Shown: positions 46,052 through 56,440 of the stretch, in pieces
Numbering within the stretch: the stretch's first letter is position 1
How the letters are laid out: the number at the start of each line of letters is the position of its first letter
Source of the DNA: a virus
DNA: 64,000 nucleotides
IMG/VR virus record: IMGVR_UViG_3300046786_000686
Location: 1 to 64,000 of that record
Reading direction: 5' to 3' (one strand)
Notes under the pieces: model-generated
What the model was told of the DNA's origin: nothing
Databases searched by the model: none
Seen by the model: only the letters and a program-made list of their open reading frames with translations
Program-made: the position numbers and the translations under genes

Positions 46052-47715
46052 GTGTAATATACAACATTTACAAGGCAGATTACAATCCAAAGCAAGATTG
46101 GCGAAATGCTGATCCGTTGGTTGTTAATTTTGACCAACTTAATAAGCAGTTTGATTGGGATGATGCTCTTACGGCTGATCAAAAATTTCAACGCGTGGTG
46201 CATAGATCGATTGATCATTTGTACTACAGAGATTTTTATAGCAACAATAAAGCTAGTTTTGGGAGTGGCAATATTAATAAGCAGCGTAGAGCCTTAGAGG
46301 ATCAAGCTTACGTAGTGAGTTTGCCACAATCACGATTTGGAGAGTCAATCTTACCAGGAAGTGTTGCTATGAGCATGTCCATGGTAACTTATGTTGATGG
46401 TTTGGTAGTTGGAACTCCAACCTATCCAAACATATACAGCTCAACTTGGAAGATAGAAGATGATAATTTTGGAAATTTAGTAATCAAGTCCGGTTATGTA
46501 TCACCAATGGACGGCACGTTATGGACTGGTGCTACTTCTATGAGTCTAACACCAGTAGGCGAGTTTCCATCTCCAAACGTATACAAGTACGTTGAAGCTG
46601 GTAAAGTGTCCTTCCAGGAAGACTTCAATGAAGGTTTGTGGTGTATGTCAACCGAATATAATAATGTGTATGCAGGTTATATTGGACAGCAGAATGCATG
46701 GTGGGCTATTTCACCAGGAGTCTTAAACCTATCAGATAACCTAGGTGCTGCTTGGTACTTTGACTCTTCTGTAAGCTCTAGTATGGTGATTAAGCCAGGT
46801 ATAGTTCCTGATTACATCAACTCATACAACTTTGAGAATGGTGACTTTACTATTGCAGCGATGGTCATTCCAAATGGTTCTCAAACAGACTCGATCATTA
46901 TATCAAAAGAAGGTCCATTAGAAGAACTTCGCACTGACGAAAACGGCAATCCGTATACGGTAACAACCTATAAAAAGACTCCATACAGACTAAGCTACAG
47001 CACTCTGTCTGGTTATACTTTTGAGAGAGATGGGAATAGTACAGCTGAGTATGCTTCAGTTCAAGCACAACCATCAAACTCAAACACTCCACACTACGTA
47101 ATCATATCCAAAAATCATGCTACCTCAACTATATCAATTGAGATATATGATACTTACGGATCCTACACCGATTCAGCCACATATGGTTTTACCGATGATT
47201 ATTGTATCAATCCTTCAAATATCTACATTGGAAACTCTTACAATGGTACTAGAGGATTTAAGGGGTACATTGATAACGTAAAATTCTTCAACAAGATTCT
47301 ATCAACTAGCGATAAAGAACTTCTTGTTGCAACAGCGGGGATTGGTAACTTGATTGTTGGTAATGTGTTTTACAATCATGGCATGATGACGGTGACATCA
47401 AACGCTTCTAAGTTTGGAAACATTAAGAGTATTGATTGCAGGGGTACTCATACAATTTGGGAAACAGAGATTTCTTGTACAGTGAGTCCAGGTGACTTTG
47501 GAATGAGTAGTAATCCTACACTACAACAGTATGATGCACATACAAACCAATATGTATATAAGCCGTTTGTAACTGGATCACACTTCAAGCCATATGTAAC
47601 ATCCATCGGATTGTATGATGATTATGGCAGATTGTTAGTGATAGGAAAATTAAACACTCCAATACAAACTCCAGATAATATGGATACAACCTTCATTGTA
47701 AGGTACGATAGATAA
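46048..47715 (+). CDS. Tail/baseplate protein with a LamG-like domain
   Basis: DFTIAAMV..IISK, FKGYIDNVKFFNKIL; YVTSIGLYDD..LLVIGKLNTP. Confidence 0.7.
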   Translation: MSVIYNIYKADYNPKQDWRNADPLVVNFDQLNKQFDWDDALTADQKFQRVVHRSIDHLYYRDFYSNNKASFGSGNINKQRRALEDQAYVVSLPQSRFGESILPGSVAMSMSMVTYVDGLVVGTPTYPNIYSSTWKIEDDNFGNLVIKSGYVSPMDGTLWTGATSMSLTPVGEFPSPNVYKYVEAGKVSFQEDFNEGLWCMSTEYNNVYAGYIGQQNAWWAISPGVLNLSDNLGAAWYFDSSVSSSMVIKPGIVPDYINSYNFENGDFTIAAMVIPNGSQTDSIIISKEGPLEELRTDENGNPYTVTTYKKTPYRLSYSTLSGYTFERDGNSTAEYASVQAQPSNSNTPHYVIISKNHATSTISIEIYDTYGSYTDSATYGFTDDYCINPSNIYIGNSYNGTRGFKGYIDNVKFFNKILSTSDKELLVATAGIGNLIVGNVFYNHGMMTVTSNASKFGNIKSIDCRGTHTIWETEISCTVSPGDFGMSSNPTLQQYDAHTNQYVYKPFVTGSHFKPYVTSIGLYDDYGRLLVIGKLNTPIQTPDNMDTTFIVRYDR

Positions 47716-47723
47716 AAATAGTT

Positions 47724-48125
47724 ATGGCAAAAAAACGTTACACAAAAACACAAGCCGCAAAGGTTAAAGGATACCGTAGTGGTCTCGAAGTTGATTTAGA
47801 TGAATCACTCAAGCAAAAGGGTATAGATGGTCAGTATGAGCAACACAAGATAAAATACGTGAAGCCAGCTACAAATCATACATACACTCCCGACTTTCGA
47901 CTACCAAATGGAATTTTTATAGAAACTAAGGGTAGATTCGTTGCAGATGACAGAAAAAAGCATATATTGATAAAGGATCAGTATCCTGAGTTAGATATCC
48001 GCTTTGTGTTCCAAAATTCCAAAAACAAATTACGCAAGGGTTCTAAGACAACATACGCTGATTGGTGTATTAAGTACGGCTTCGAGTATGCCGACAAGGA
48101 AATTCCTATGGACTGGTTCAAATAA
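47724..48125 (+). CDS. T7 endonuclease I-like Holliday junction resolvase
   Basis: YRSGLE, YTPDFRLPNGIFIETKGRF, DRKKH, LDIRFVF, TTYADWC. Confidence 0.92.
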   Translation: MAKKRYTKTQAAKVKGYRSGLEVDLDESLKQKGIDGQYEQHKIKYVKPATNHTYTPDFRLPNGIFIETKGRFVADDRKKHILIKDQYPELDIRFVFQNSKNKLRKGSKTTYADWCIKYGFEYADKEIPMDWFK

Positions 48126-48126
48126 G

Positions 48127-48157
48127 TTTGCAGATTGAAATAAAAGTCGTATATTTG
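48127..48157 (+). promoter_or_regulatory. Consensus Bacteroidota housekeeping promoter
   Basis: TTTG-N19-TATATTTG (-33 TTTG / -7 TAnnTTTG). Confidence 0.7.
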
Positions 48158-48161
48158 TTCT

Positions 48162-49088
48162 ATGACTGGAAATCTGTTACAAGCCAAACATACGTTAGAC
48201 GATCATTTAGGATCGAGTATTCAACATAGAAAGGATGGTGAGATTAGCTATTACTGTCCATTCTGCAATCACTATAAGCCAAAACTTCAAGTAAACCTCA
48301 ACACACAAAAGTGGCATTGCTGGGTATGCGATAGCAAAGGTCAAACAATTCTCTCACTTCTCAAAAAAAGCAATGCATCAGCACAGACTTATCAGAAGAT
48401 AAAGGAGATTTATGGTGATTCAAAGTTTATCAGCCGCAATGATAATGCTAGAGAGATTGTTGGATTACCAGAGGCGTATAAGCCGTTGTATATATCACAG
48501 AACACTCCTGATTACAAAAATGCATTACACTACGCTCTGAACGTAAGAAAGCTTACACCTATCGACATTTTACGATATCAGGTAGGTTATTGTGAGCAAG
48601 GGCCTTATGCTGGAATGATTGTTATTCCAAGTTACAACGATGCTAACATGATCAACTATTATGTGGGTCGAAGCTGTTATGATAATGCTACGATAAAACA
48701 TAAGAATCCCCCGGTTTCAAAGGATATTATAGGCTTTGAGAACCAAGTTAATTGGAAAGAGCCAGTTATCATCGTAGAAGGCGCCTTTGACGCAATTGCA
48801 ACAAAAAGAAATGCAATACCGTTGTTTGGTAAGAAAATAATGGGTAACTTGAGAACAAAGATACTAGCGGAGAAAGTTGAAAAATTATACTTAGCCTTAG
48901 ATAATGATGCATTTAGAGACAGTATTAAAGAAGTTGAGTATTTTTTGAATAATGGAGTTAATGTATACGTAATACAGCTACCTGGGAAAGATCCGAGTGA
49001 GGTAGGTTACAAGTCTATGGTTGAAGCAATAAACAGTGCTAAAAAGGTAGACTTTTTTGATTTAATTAAATATAAGATGTTGCTATGA
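48162..49088 (+). CDS. DNA primase (DnaG/gp61-like)
   Basis: Zn finger CPFC..HCWVC; TOPRIM IVEGAFDA and LALDND; GKDP. Confidence 0.9.
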   Translation: MTGNLLQAKHTLDDHLGSSIQHRKDGEISYYCPFCNHYKPKLQVNLNTQKWHCWVCDSKGQTILSLLKKSNASAQTYQKIKEIYGDSKFISRNDNAREIVGLPEAYKPLYISQNTPDYKNALHYALNVRKLTPIDILRYQVGYCEQGPYAGMIVIPSYNDANMINYYVGRSCYDNATIKHKNPPVSKDIIGFENQVNWKEPVIIVEGAFDAIATKRNAIPLFGKKIMGNLRTKILAEKVEKLYLALDNDAFRDSIKEVEYFLNNGVNVYVIQLPGKDPSEVGYKSMVEAINSAKKVDFFDLIKYKMLL

Positions 49089-52000
49089 TAAATAAGATTA
49101 AATGCAAGATGGGTAGTGTAGAAAAGATTCTACACATTGCTGATATACACTTGCGTAACTGGAAACGTCATAAGGAGTTTAAGGAGGTGTTTAAGAAATT
49201 ATTCGCGGCTGTGGATGAGCTTCCAGAGAACTCTATTGTGACTATCGGTGGTGATATTGTACATGCTAAAACCGATATGAGTCCTGAGTTGATCAACATG
49301 GTTTCATACTTGTTTAACGAGTTAGCGGATCGACGACCAACTATTGTAATTACAGGAAACCACGATACTAACCTGAATAACAATAATCGTTTGGATGCCT
49401 TGACACCAATCATTGAAGCCAATAATCACCCAAACCTTTTCTACCTACGCAACTCAGGATTGTATGAGATTGGTGATGTTTGTATTAGTGTAATGTCTTT
49501 ACTAGATGATCCTAGTGAGTACGTTACATTCGATAAAATAGCTGCAGATAAGAAGTATAAACACACTATTGCGATGTATCACGGTACGATTGCAAATAGC
49601 CAAGTTGACAGTGGTTTATTCTTATCGCATGGCCTGGACTGGGATACTTTTGCAGGATATGACTTAGTTTTGTTAGGAGACATTCACAAACGTCAGATAT
49701 TATCAAAAGCAGAACCAATCATATTCTATCCAGGATCCTTGGTACAGCAAAACTTTGGAGAAGCTTTTGAAGGACATGGTTATGCTATTGTCGATTTAGA
49801 AACTAAAGGTGATATCAAGTACGACTTTGTAGACATTCCAAATGATTATGGATACTTTACTTTGGATATTGAGAATGGTGTATTACCAGATAATTTACCA
49901 ATCACATCAAAGACAAATGTAAGACTTCGTACAAGAAACACATCGGCAGCTGAGCTAAAGCGAATACTCGCAACAATACGAAAAGAGTATCGCAACAGTG
50001 ATGTGATGGTTCAGAAGTTAGACAAATCTACATCACTAGATGATAGTCAATTGTTTGGTGAGTCTTTACATCAAGGTGATGTGAGAAATTTACAATATCA
50101 AAACCAATTGATCACAGATTATCTCCAACACCAAGGTATTGATGACGAACTATTAGACTCAGTATTAAAGATTAATGCAGGATTCAATCAAACAATCTCA
50201 CAAGGAGAGACAGCTCGAAATGTTATCTGGAAACCAAAGCGATTTGAGTTCTCAAATATGTTTAGCTATGGTGAAGACAACGTTGTTAACTTCAATAAGT
50301 TAGATGGTACTTGTGGTCTGTTTGCACCAAACCACGCTGGTAAGTCTGCGATATTAGATGCTTTATGCTTTTGCTTATTTGACAACTCATTCAGAGCAAG
50401 TAAAGCTGAACAAGTCTTAAATAGAAAGAAAGATGACTTCTGGTGCAAGTTTAATTTCGAACTTGGTGGTATAGATTATTTCATCGAAAAAAAGGCTTAC
50501 AAATACAAAAGTGGACCACTTAAAGGTAAGCTTCGTGTGGATATTAATTTCTGGAGCGTTAATGCAGACGGTGAGATCACTTCTCTAAATGGTGAACAAC
50601 GTCGAGATACCAACTACATCATTCAATCGTATGTAGGTACGTTTGACGACTTCATTTTGACAGCACTATCATTACAACAAAACAACTCTAACTTTATTGA
50701 TAAAACCCAAGGTGAAAGAAAAGACTTACTAGCAAACTTTCTAGACCTTAAAATATTTGATGCACTATATGAACTGGCCAACAAAGAAAACAGAACAGCT
50801 ACAATCGTACTCGAAGAATATCAGAAGCAGGACTTCGAAACTAAGCTTGGAGATGCAGAACGCTCCAAGGATATCAATGAGACCAAGCATGCAAAGGCTC
50901 AAGAGGATGTTGACAAAGCTGAAGAAGAGCTCCAAGATTTAACGGATGAGCTACTGGAATTAAACAAACAACTACAGCCATGTAATGCTGATGGGTTGGA
51001 TATTGATAAACTTGAATCGCAATTGCAATCAGCGAGTCAGAAGTTGTTAGACTTGGGAGAGTTAGGAAGTAGTTATCAGCTGAAATTGCAAGATGAACAA
51101 CTGGTTTTAGGTGAATCTGAGACTGAGTTGAATCGCTACAAAGAATCCTTTGACACAGAGTTGTATAAAGAGTATATGGCTAAAGTTCAGCAGAAGGTCG
51201 ATTTAGACAACACTCTAGCAACACTCAAGGTTACGATCAAGAATAAGCTTGAAAAGCTTGAAAAGCTACAACAGCATGAGTATGATCCAAATTGCAAGTA
51301 TTGTTGCGATAATGTCTTTGTGAAGGATGCAATTGATACAAAACAGCAATTAGAGAGTGATAAGGAGACTGTGCATGAGTTCCTAGGAAAGCTAAAGGAA
51401 GTTTCTAACTTCATTGAGATCAATAGTGGTATTGCAGAACAAGCTGAGGAGATCCAAAAACTAGTAAAGCAGTATGGTGAAGCTAAAGCGTCAGTTGATA
51501 AGTATCAAAGCGCTTATGACAAGGTTAAACACGAAATTGCGACAGTTAAGCATAACATCTCAAACCTACAACGTGACATACAAACTTACAACGCAAACAC
51601 TCAGACGTTAGAAAATAATAAGAAAATTCAAGTAGAGATCAAAGAGGTTCAAACCAAGGTATCTACGAAGAAAATCGAATTATCGAAGCTTAATAATGTG
51701 GTAAAAGATTTCCACGGAAGAATTCGAGTAGCAGAGACGACAATCGCTGAGTGCAACAAATCAATCAAGCACATGCAGGAGTTAGTTGATAAGCAAGTTG
51801 CATATGATTTATACTGTAAAGCGATGTGTAAGGACGGTATTCCGTATGTATTGATTAGTAAGGCTGTTCCATACATCCAACACTACGTGAATAATATTCT
51901 GAGCCAGGTTATCGATTTCACAGTTGAGATGGAAACAGATGGTAAAAACATAAACGTGTTCATCTGTTACGATGATAACAAATGGCCACTAGAGTTAAGC

Positions 52001-52270
52001 TCTGGCATGGAAAGATTCATTTCTTCATTAGCAATTCGAATTGCATTGATCAAGATCACAAACTTACCTAAACCAGACTTTATTGCGATTGATGAAGGAC
52101 TTGGAGTACTAGATAGCAGCAATTTGAACTCAATGCATACACTGTTCACCTACATGAAGGACATCTTCAGATTTAGTTTGGTGATCAGTCACATTGATGT
52201 CGTGCGAGACATGGTTGATAACATTATTACGATCGATAGAAAGGATGATTTGAGTCACATAAATTGTTAG
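49085..52270 (+). CDS. Fused Mre11/SbcD nuclease - Rad50/SbcC ATPase (gp47-gp46 fusion)
   Basis: HIADIH, GGDIVH, GNHD, LGDIH, YPGS; Walker A APNHAGKS, Q-loop, CKYC zinc hook in a coiled coil, SSGME, IDEG, ISH. Confidence 0.92.
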   Translation: MINKIKCKMGSVEKILHIADIHLRNWKRHKEFKEVFKKLFAAVDELPENSIVTIGGDIVHAKTDMSPELINMVSYLFNELADRRPTIVITGNHDTNLNNNNRLDALTPIIEANNHPNLFYLRNSGLYEIGDVCISVMSLLDDPSEYVTFDKIAADKKYKHTIAMYHGTIANSQVDSGLFLSHGLDWDTFAGYDLVLLGDIHKRQILSKAEPIIFYPGSLVQQNFGEAFEGHGYAIVDLETKGDIKYDFVDIPNDYGYFTLDIENGVLPDNLPITSKTNVRLRTRNTSAAELKRILATIRKEYRNSDVMVQKLDKSTSLDDSQLFGESLHQGDVRNLQYQNQLITDYLQHQGIDDELLDSVLKINAGFNQTISQGETARNVIWKPKRFEFSNMFSYGEDNVVNFNKLDGTCGLFAPNHAGKSAILDALCFCLFDNSFRASKAEQVLNRKKDDFWCKFNFELGGIDYFIEKKAYKYKSGPLKGKLRVDINFWSVNADGEITSLNGEQRRDTNYIIQSYVGTFDDFILTALSLQQNNSNFIDKTQGERKDLLANFLDLKIFDALYELANKENRTATIVLEEYQKQDFETKLGDAERSKDINETKHAKAQEDVDKAEEELQDLTDELLELNKQLQPCNADGLDIDKLESQLQSASQKLLDLGELGSSYQLKLQDEQLVLGESETELNRYKESFDTELYKEYMAKVQQKVDLDNTLATLKVTIKNKLEKLEKLQQHEYDPNCKYCCDNVFVKDAIDTKQQLESDKETVHEFLGKLKEVSNFIEINSGIAEQAEEIQKLVKQYGEAKASVDKYQSAYDKVKHEIATVKHNISNLQRDIQTYNANTQTLENNKKIQVEIKEVQTKVSTKKIELSKLNNVVKDFHGRIRVAETTIAECNKSIKHMQELVDKQVAYDLYCKAMCKDGIPYVLISKAVPYIQHYVNNILSQVIDFTVEMETDGKNINVFICYDDNKWPLELSSGMERFISSLAIRIALIKITNLPKPDFIAIDEGLGVLDSSNLNSMHTLFTYMKDIFRFSLVISHIDVVRDMVDNIITIDRKDDLSHINC

Positions 52271-52286
52271 GTGATATTTATATAAA

Positions 52287-54416
52287 ATGTCATTCTTATC
52301 AACATACAAAATTCCTCAACCGAGAGGTTACTCGCAAGGAACGTACTACGTTGAAGATACTTCGGATACTTCTCCGGAATACTTCGACGTAGACTTTTTT
52401 CCTATGGTTGTGGGTGGAGGTCGCCATATCATTAAGATTAAGGGTAATGGTTTGAATATGCGTCTCGATACGACTGTAGACGTTGAAATACTGGATGCAT
52501 CGGGTCAGCGGATCTATTGTGAAGTGAATGATTACTATGATCGATTTAACAACTACTACATTTCGTTTGATGTATATGATATCACTGCACAAGGTGTTGC
52601 AACAGCGTACTTCGTAGGAATTGCTAAGTATGATTTGGATGGTAATCCAATACCAATAGAGTACCAGGGTGAGTATAATGTGAGATGGATTAAGCGCTTC
52701 AATGTGCTACCATTTGAGCGCAACAATGCTGACTTAATATTTGACGAACCACCACAAGTAAGTGTGGCACAAATAGTCACACCTGCTCAAACGCCACCTA
52801 CAAGCTCGGCAACCACATTTGCATACTTAACAGCTAGTGCAAACAGCTTAACAATTATTGATTCCAACTTCCAAGGCTACGATAGGGATTTTGCGTCTAG
52901 TCAGGACATCTACGATCCAATCGTAAGATCGATTAAGGTAGATCCGTTAAGTAAGCCGATGACAGAAAACACTGTTCCAACAACAGTGAGGCAGAAGAGT
53001 GATGATATTACTAATGGCTATCTACTAAACACAACGACTCGATTTGGAACCATCATAAGTTCTTCAAACAGCCTATTCACAAAAGAGCTGTTGGGTGCTA
53101 ACTTTGATTTTTATTCAAAAGGGACGACACCAGCAATACTAAGTCCAGATTTACCATCAGGTTTAACTATATCAAGTAGTGTTGCAGACCAACTACAGTC
53201 GTTTAGTGCAACGATTGTTGAAGTGTTAAACTCAAACCAAGCTTTGATTGACAAGTCTTTAGAGGTTGTGGCGTTTGATAATAACGCCAAGGGTAGAAGC
53301 AGCATGGTAAAGCATAGATACAGACAAGCAGGTCAGTTCACAGGTAGTTTTGTGTATGTACCGAATAGCGATGTATATATCACCAGCAGTATTGTGAGTC
53401 AATCTTATATGGAGTTCACTTTTAGTGACTTAAACCCAATAAGTGGTCAAGTTTATAGAATCAAGACATCAACCAAGCTTGGATCCATCGTAGGAGAATA
53501 CAAGCTACTCAACGATCAGATTGTAAGACCGGTTGAGTATCTGACAGATGCTACTTACACAAACCCACTAAACTATGCTCGACATGAGTCAGAGTACCTA
53601 CTACTGGGACATTTTTACAAACAGGATATAATTGATAACAACTGGTCGGTGTATTACGAAACACCATCAGGGTTTGACTTGGTAACGGGTACGTATAACA
53701 ACTCCGTATTAGCAGACTCAATTAAACTGCAAACACAAAGTACACAATCAGTCGTACTAACTACTACATACAATCAAAACTACAACAGCAATCAGATATA
53801 CACAGTAACTTGCAACGTAACACTAGATCCATATACTGAGTTAGAAATTTACATGAATAGTAATCTACTAAACTCGTACATATCTGGAGTAACACCATTC
53901 CCAACTGCATACAACAGATCCCAAAACATAGAGAGGGATAGATACTCAGATGAGTATAATAGGTTTGGTAAATATATTGGTAAGATAGTAAACGACTTAC
54001 CAACACAAAAAAGTTATGGCAAGGTTGTATTTGACTTCGAGACTGATAGTAGTGGCTTAGGTCGCCCTCTATTTAGAGTGAAACCTATAGACTACAACAA
54101 CATAACGGCAACATCGTGGTTATCGGATGTGAGTATAAAACCACAACTACTAAATGGCTTTACGCCAAACATAGTTCAATACGCAGTACCACTACCACAG
54201 GAGTTGGTGAACGCAACCGCGTTATCACAATCGATCGACTTTAAGATTGAATACTTTGACTACACTGGTAAACAGTCCGAGTATGTGACCTACATCGATG
54301 ACTTGCAATTGAATCTTAAACAAACGATACCAACAAACTCATGTCAAGACCAGAAAAACTACTTGTATTATAGTACGACGTATGGGAATGATAGACAAAA
54401 ACCACCAACATACTAA
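52287..54416 (+). CDS. Virion structural protein
   Basis: 709 aa, beta-rich; TATTTAT at 52275-52281. Confidence 0.6.
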   Translation: MSFLSTYKIPQPRGYSQGTYYVEDTSDTSPEYFDVDFFPMVVGGGRHIIKIKGNGLNMRLDTTVDVEILDASGQRIYCEVNDYYDRFNNYYISFDVYDITAQGVATAYFVGIAKYDLDGNPIPIEYQGEYNVRWIKRFNVLPFERNNADLIFDEPPQVSVAQIVTPAQTPPTSSATTFAYLTASANSLTIIDSNFQGYDRDFASSQDIYDPIVRSIKVDPLSKPMTENTVPTTVRQKSDDITNGYLLNTTTRFGTIISSSNSLFTKELLGANFDFYSKGTTPAILSPDLPSGLTISSSVADQLQSFSATIVEVLNSNQALIDKSLEVVAFDNNAKGRSSMVKHRYRQAGQFTGSFVYVPNSDVYITSSIVSQSYMEFTFSDLNPISGQVYRIKTSTKLGSIVGEYKLLNDQIVRPVEYLTDATYTNPLNYARHESEYLLLGHFYKQDIIDNNWSVYYETPSGFDLVTGTYNNSVLADSIKLQTQSTQSVVLTTTYNQNYNSNQIYTVTCNVTLDPYTELEIYMNSNLLNSYISGVTPFPTAYNRSQNIERDRYSDEYNRFGKYIGKIVNDLPTQKSYGKVVFDFETDSSGLGRPLFRVKPIDYNNITATSWLSDVSIKPQLLNGFTPNIVQYAVPLPQELVNATALSQSIDFKIEYFDYTGKQSEYVTYIDDLQLNLKQTIPTNSCQDQKNYLYYSTTYGNDRQKPPTY

Positions 54417-54419
54417 TAT

Positions 54420-55901
54420 ATGGGATTTGACACAAAAGTATTTGGACTTCATTACAAGAGAATGCGTACTGGTAGCTTTGTATCAGCTAGTGGAACGTAT
54501 GCGTCCTTATGGGTAGGAAATGCGTTGACGGCTAGTTGGAACAACACAAACTATACTGGCACATACCTAATATCATCATCTTTCTTAAACTGGCCCGTTG
54601 ACCCAACAACTGCGCCACTATATGCGACGACAAGGGATTCTGCAAGTAATGTTAACCATACAGCTATTCCTTGGAGCTCCATGGCAGCAGACTTTCTGTG
54701 GAATATTAATACACCAAGATGGACAACATCCACAGTCTCATCAAGCTGGACTTTTTTTGATGACGCATTTAGCGTAACGAGAGTGGGTGGAGCTTTCACC
54801 TCTTCTGTGTGGACAGTCAGCTTAGATAATACAGGAAGCTTTTGGAGACAATATTCCTCCATCTATTCAACCCTAGGCGTAGCCAACTACAACATAACCA
54901 GTAGCTGGTATGTGTGGGACAATAAGTTTATATACTTAACTGGCACTACTAGCGAATTACGATATGCAACAAGGGTTACTAGTGTGAGTTCTAGTGCATT
55001 TCCAGTTGGAACATATAATCTCACAGCATCATACATACATGGTACATCAGGTCGACCAGCTGGTAATACACCAGGAGCAGGAACTGACTACTATTGGAGA
55101 GTTGGTTATGATGTAACTTGGCCAAATACTGGAAGTGCAAGTGCACTCTCGACAATTGATGGTCAATATTTTGATAGAGGTGGAGGAGCAGCAATATCAA
55201 GAGCGCATGTTAGTGCATCACTAGTGACAGCATCTCTTTACGCAACAGCTACAACGAATCCAAATCTAGAATACTATCGAAGAGCTTTGAAGCAGAGACG
55301 ATTGTTTTACCCAACCCCCGTATCAGGAAGCCATGCTGGTTTCAGTGCTTTGAATGCTACAGATTTTTTCCACTATGCGATGACGGGATACTGGGCTTCA
55401 GACATCTTTAACGAAAATGGTGGTATATATAATGTTCAGTTTACACTCAAAAGACACGTGGGTTCTAACCACTATCCGGATAATGGATCCTACATGAATG
55501 TGTTTATACACAATGTGCAGTCAGGAGCACCACTACCATCATCAAGAACACCAGGACAAGCCGGTTGGTATCCACCTGCAAACAACATAGTGACTATCGG
55601 TAACGCGTATAATGGAGGTCCTGCATTGAGCTTTTATGACACTCAGACTGGATACCTTTACGAAAGATTCAATATCAACCTTGTACAATATGGATACCCA
55701 GCTCAATTATGTTTCGAACCTAGTGGATCTTTAGCAGATGGAAGTTATTTTGGGTGCATCGTTGATGATATAAGTTATTGTAAGATTGGAGTAACAACCG
55801 ATCCACGCTTTATTAAACCGGCAAACTTTGCAACAGGTCAATATAATCCAGCAGTACCCGATGATCAACGTATTCCGATAGATGAAAACCCAAGCTCATA
55901 A
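54420..55901 (+). CDS. S/T/W-rich virion protein (fiber-like)
   Basis: Repeated TSSW/TASW/TGSF segments. Confidence 0.55.
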   Translation: MGFDTKVFGLHYKRMRTGSFVSASGTYASLWVGNALTASWNNTNYTGTYLISSSFLNWPVDPTTAPLYATTRDSASNVNHTAIPWSSMAADFLWNINTPRWTTSTVSSSWTFFDDAFSVTRVGGAFTSSVWTVSLDNTGSFWRQYSSIYSTLGVANYNITSSWYVWDNKFIYLTGTTSELRYATRVTSVSSSAFPVGTYNLTASYIHGTSGRPAGNTPGAGTDYYWRVGYDVTWPNTGSASALSTIDGQYFDRGGGAAISRAHVSASLVTASLYATATTNPNLEYYRRALKQRRLFYPTPVSGSHAGFSALNATDFFHYAMTGYWASDIFNENGGIYNVQFTLKRHVGSNHYPDNGSYMNVFIHNVQSGAPLPSSRTPGQAGWYPPANNIVTIGNAYNGGPALSFYDTQTGYLYERFNINLVQYGYPAQLCFEPSGSLADGSYFGCIVDDISYCKIGVTTDPRFIKPANFATGQYNPAVPDDQRIPIDENPSS

Positions 55902-56440
55902 TGATATCGAATAATACCATAAGAAACACAACGAAAGTGTTCCCAGCCATTCAAGTAATGACTGAGAATCACGTATTAGGTAAGATTCTGATCAAGAATT
56001 TGTATCAAGGTTGGCGAGGTGAGAGTATTCCAGAGATTGCGGATCGACATGAAGACAATCCGTACAACCTACGAATCGGATTGCCTGCAACAGATGAGTC
56101 GATGAAGAATGATCATATGTATTTCATCATCAACTACTTATCGTACAATCCAGCTACCAAAGACATAGAGCAGCGGGAGATTATTCCGTATCGTAATATG
56201 TCTAAGGTGTATATCGGTCAATCTTTGGATGAAAAGTCGTATAGTGATTATGGTCTCTTTGTTAACGAGAAGGCTGTTGTTGAAGACCTCTATATAAAAG
56301 GTGTAGACAGCTTAAAAGATCAGACAATAGGTAGGGTTCTAGTGACAATGCTACAGCGAATAGAGAAATTGCAAGATGAGGTGGTTGATTTGAAGCGTCA
56401 ACTTAAAACTAAACATATTTATACGCAAGACACTTTGTAA
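55901..56440 (+). CDS. Hypothetical protein with a C-terminal coiled coil (fiber chaperone-like)
   Basis: VLVTMLQRIEKLQDEVVDLKRQL. Confidence 0.5.
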   Translation: MISNNTIRNTTKVFPAIQVMTENHVLGKILIKNLYQGWRGESIPEIADRHEDNPYNLRIGLPATDESMKNDHMYFIINYLSYNPATKDIEQREIIPYRNMSKVYIGQSLDEKSYSDYGLFVNEKAVVEDLYIKGVDSLKDQTIGRVLVTMLQRIEKLQDEVVDLKRQLKTKHIYTQDTL

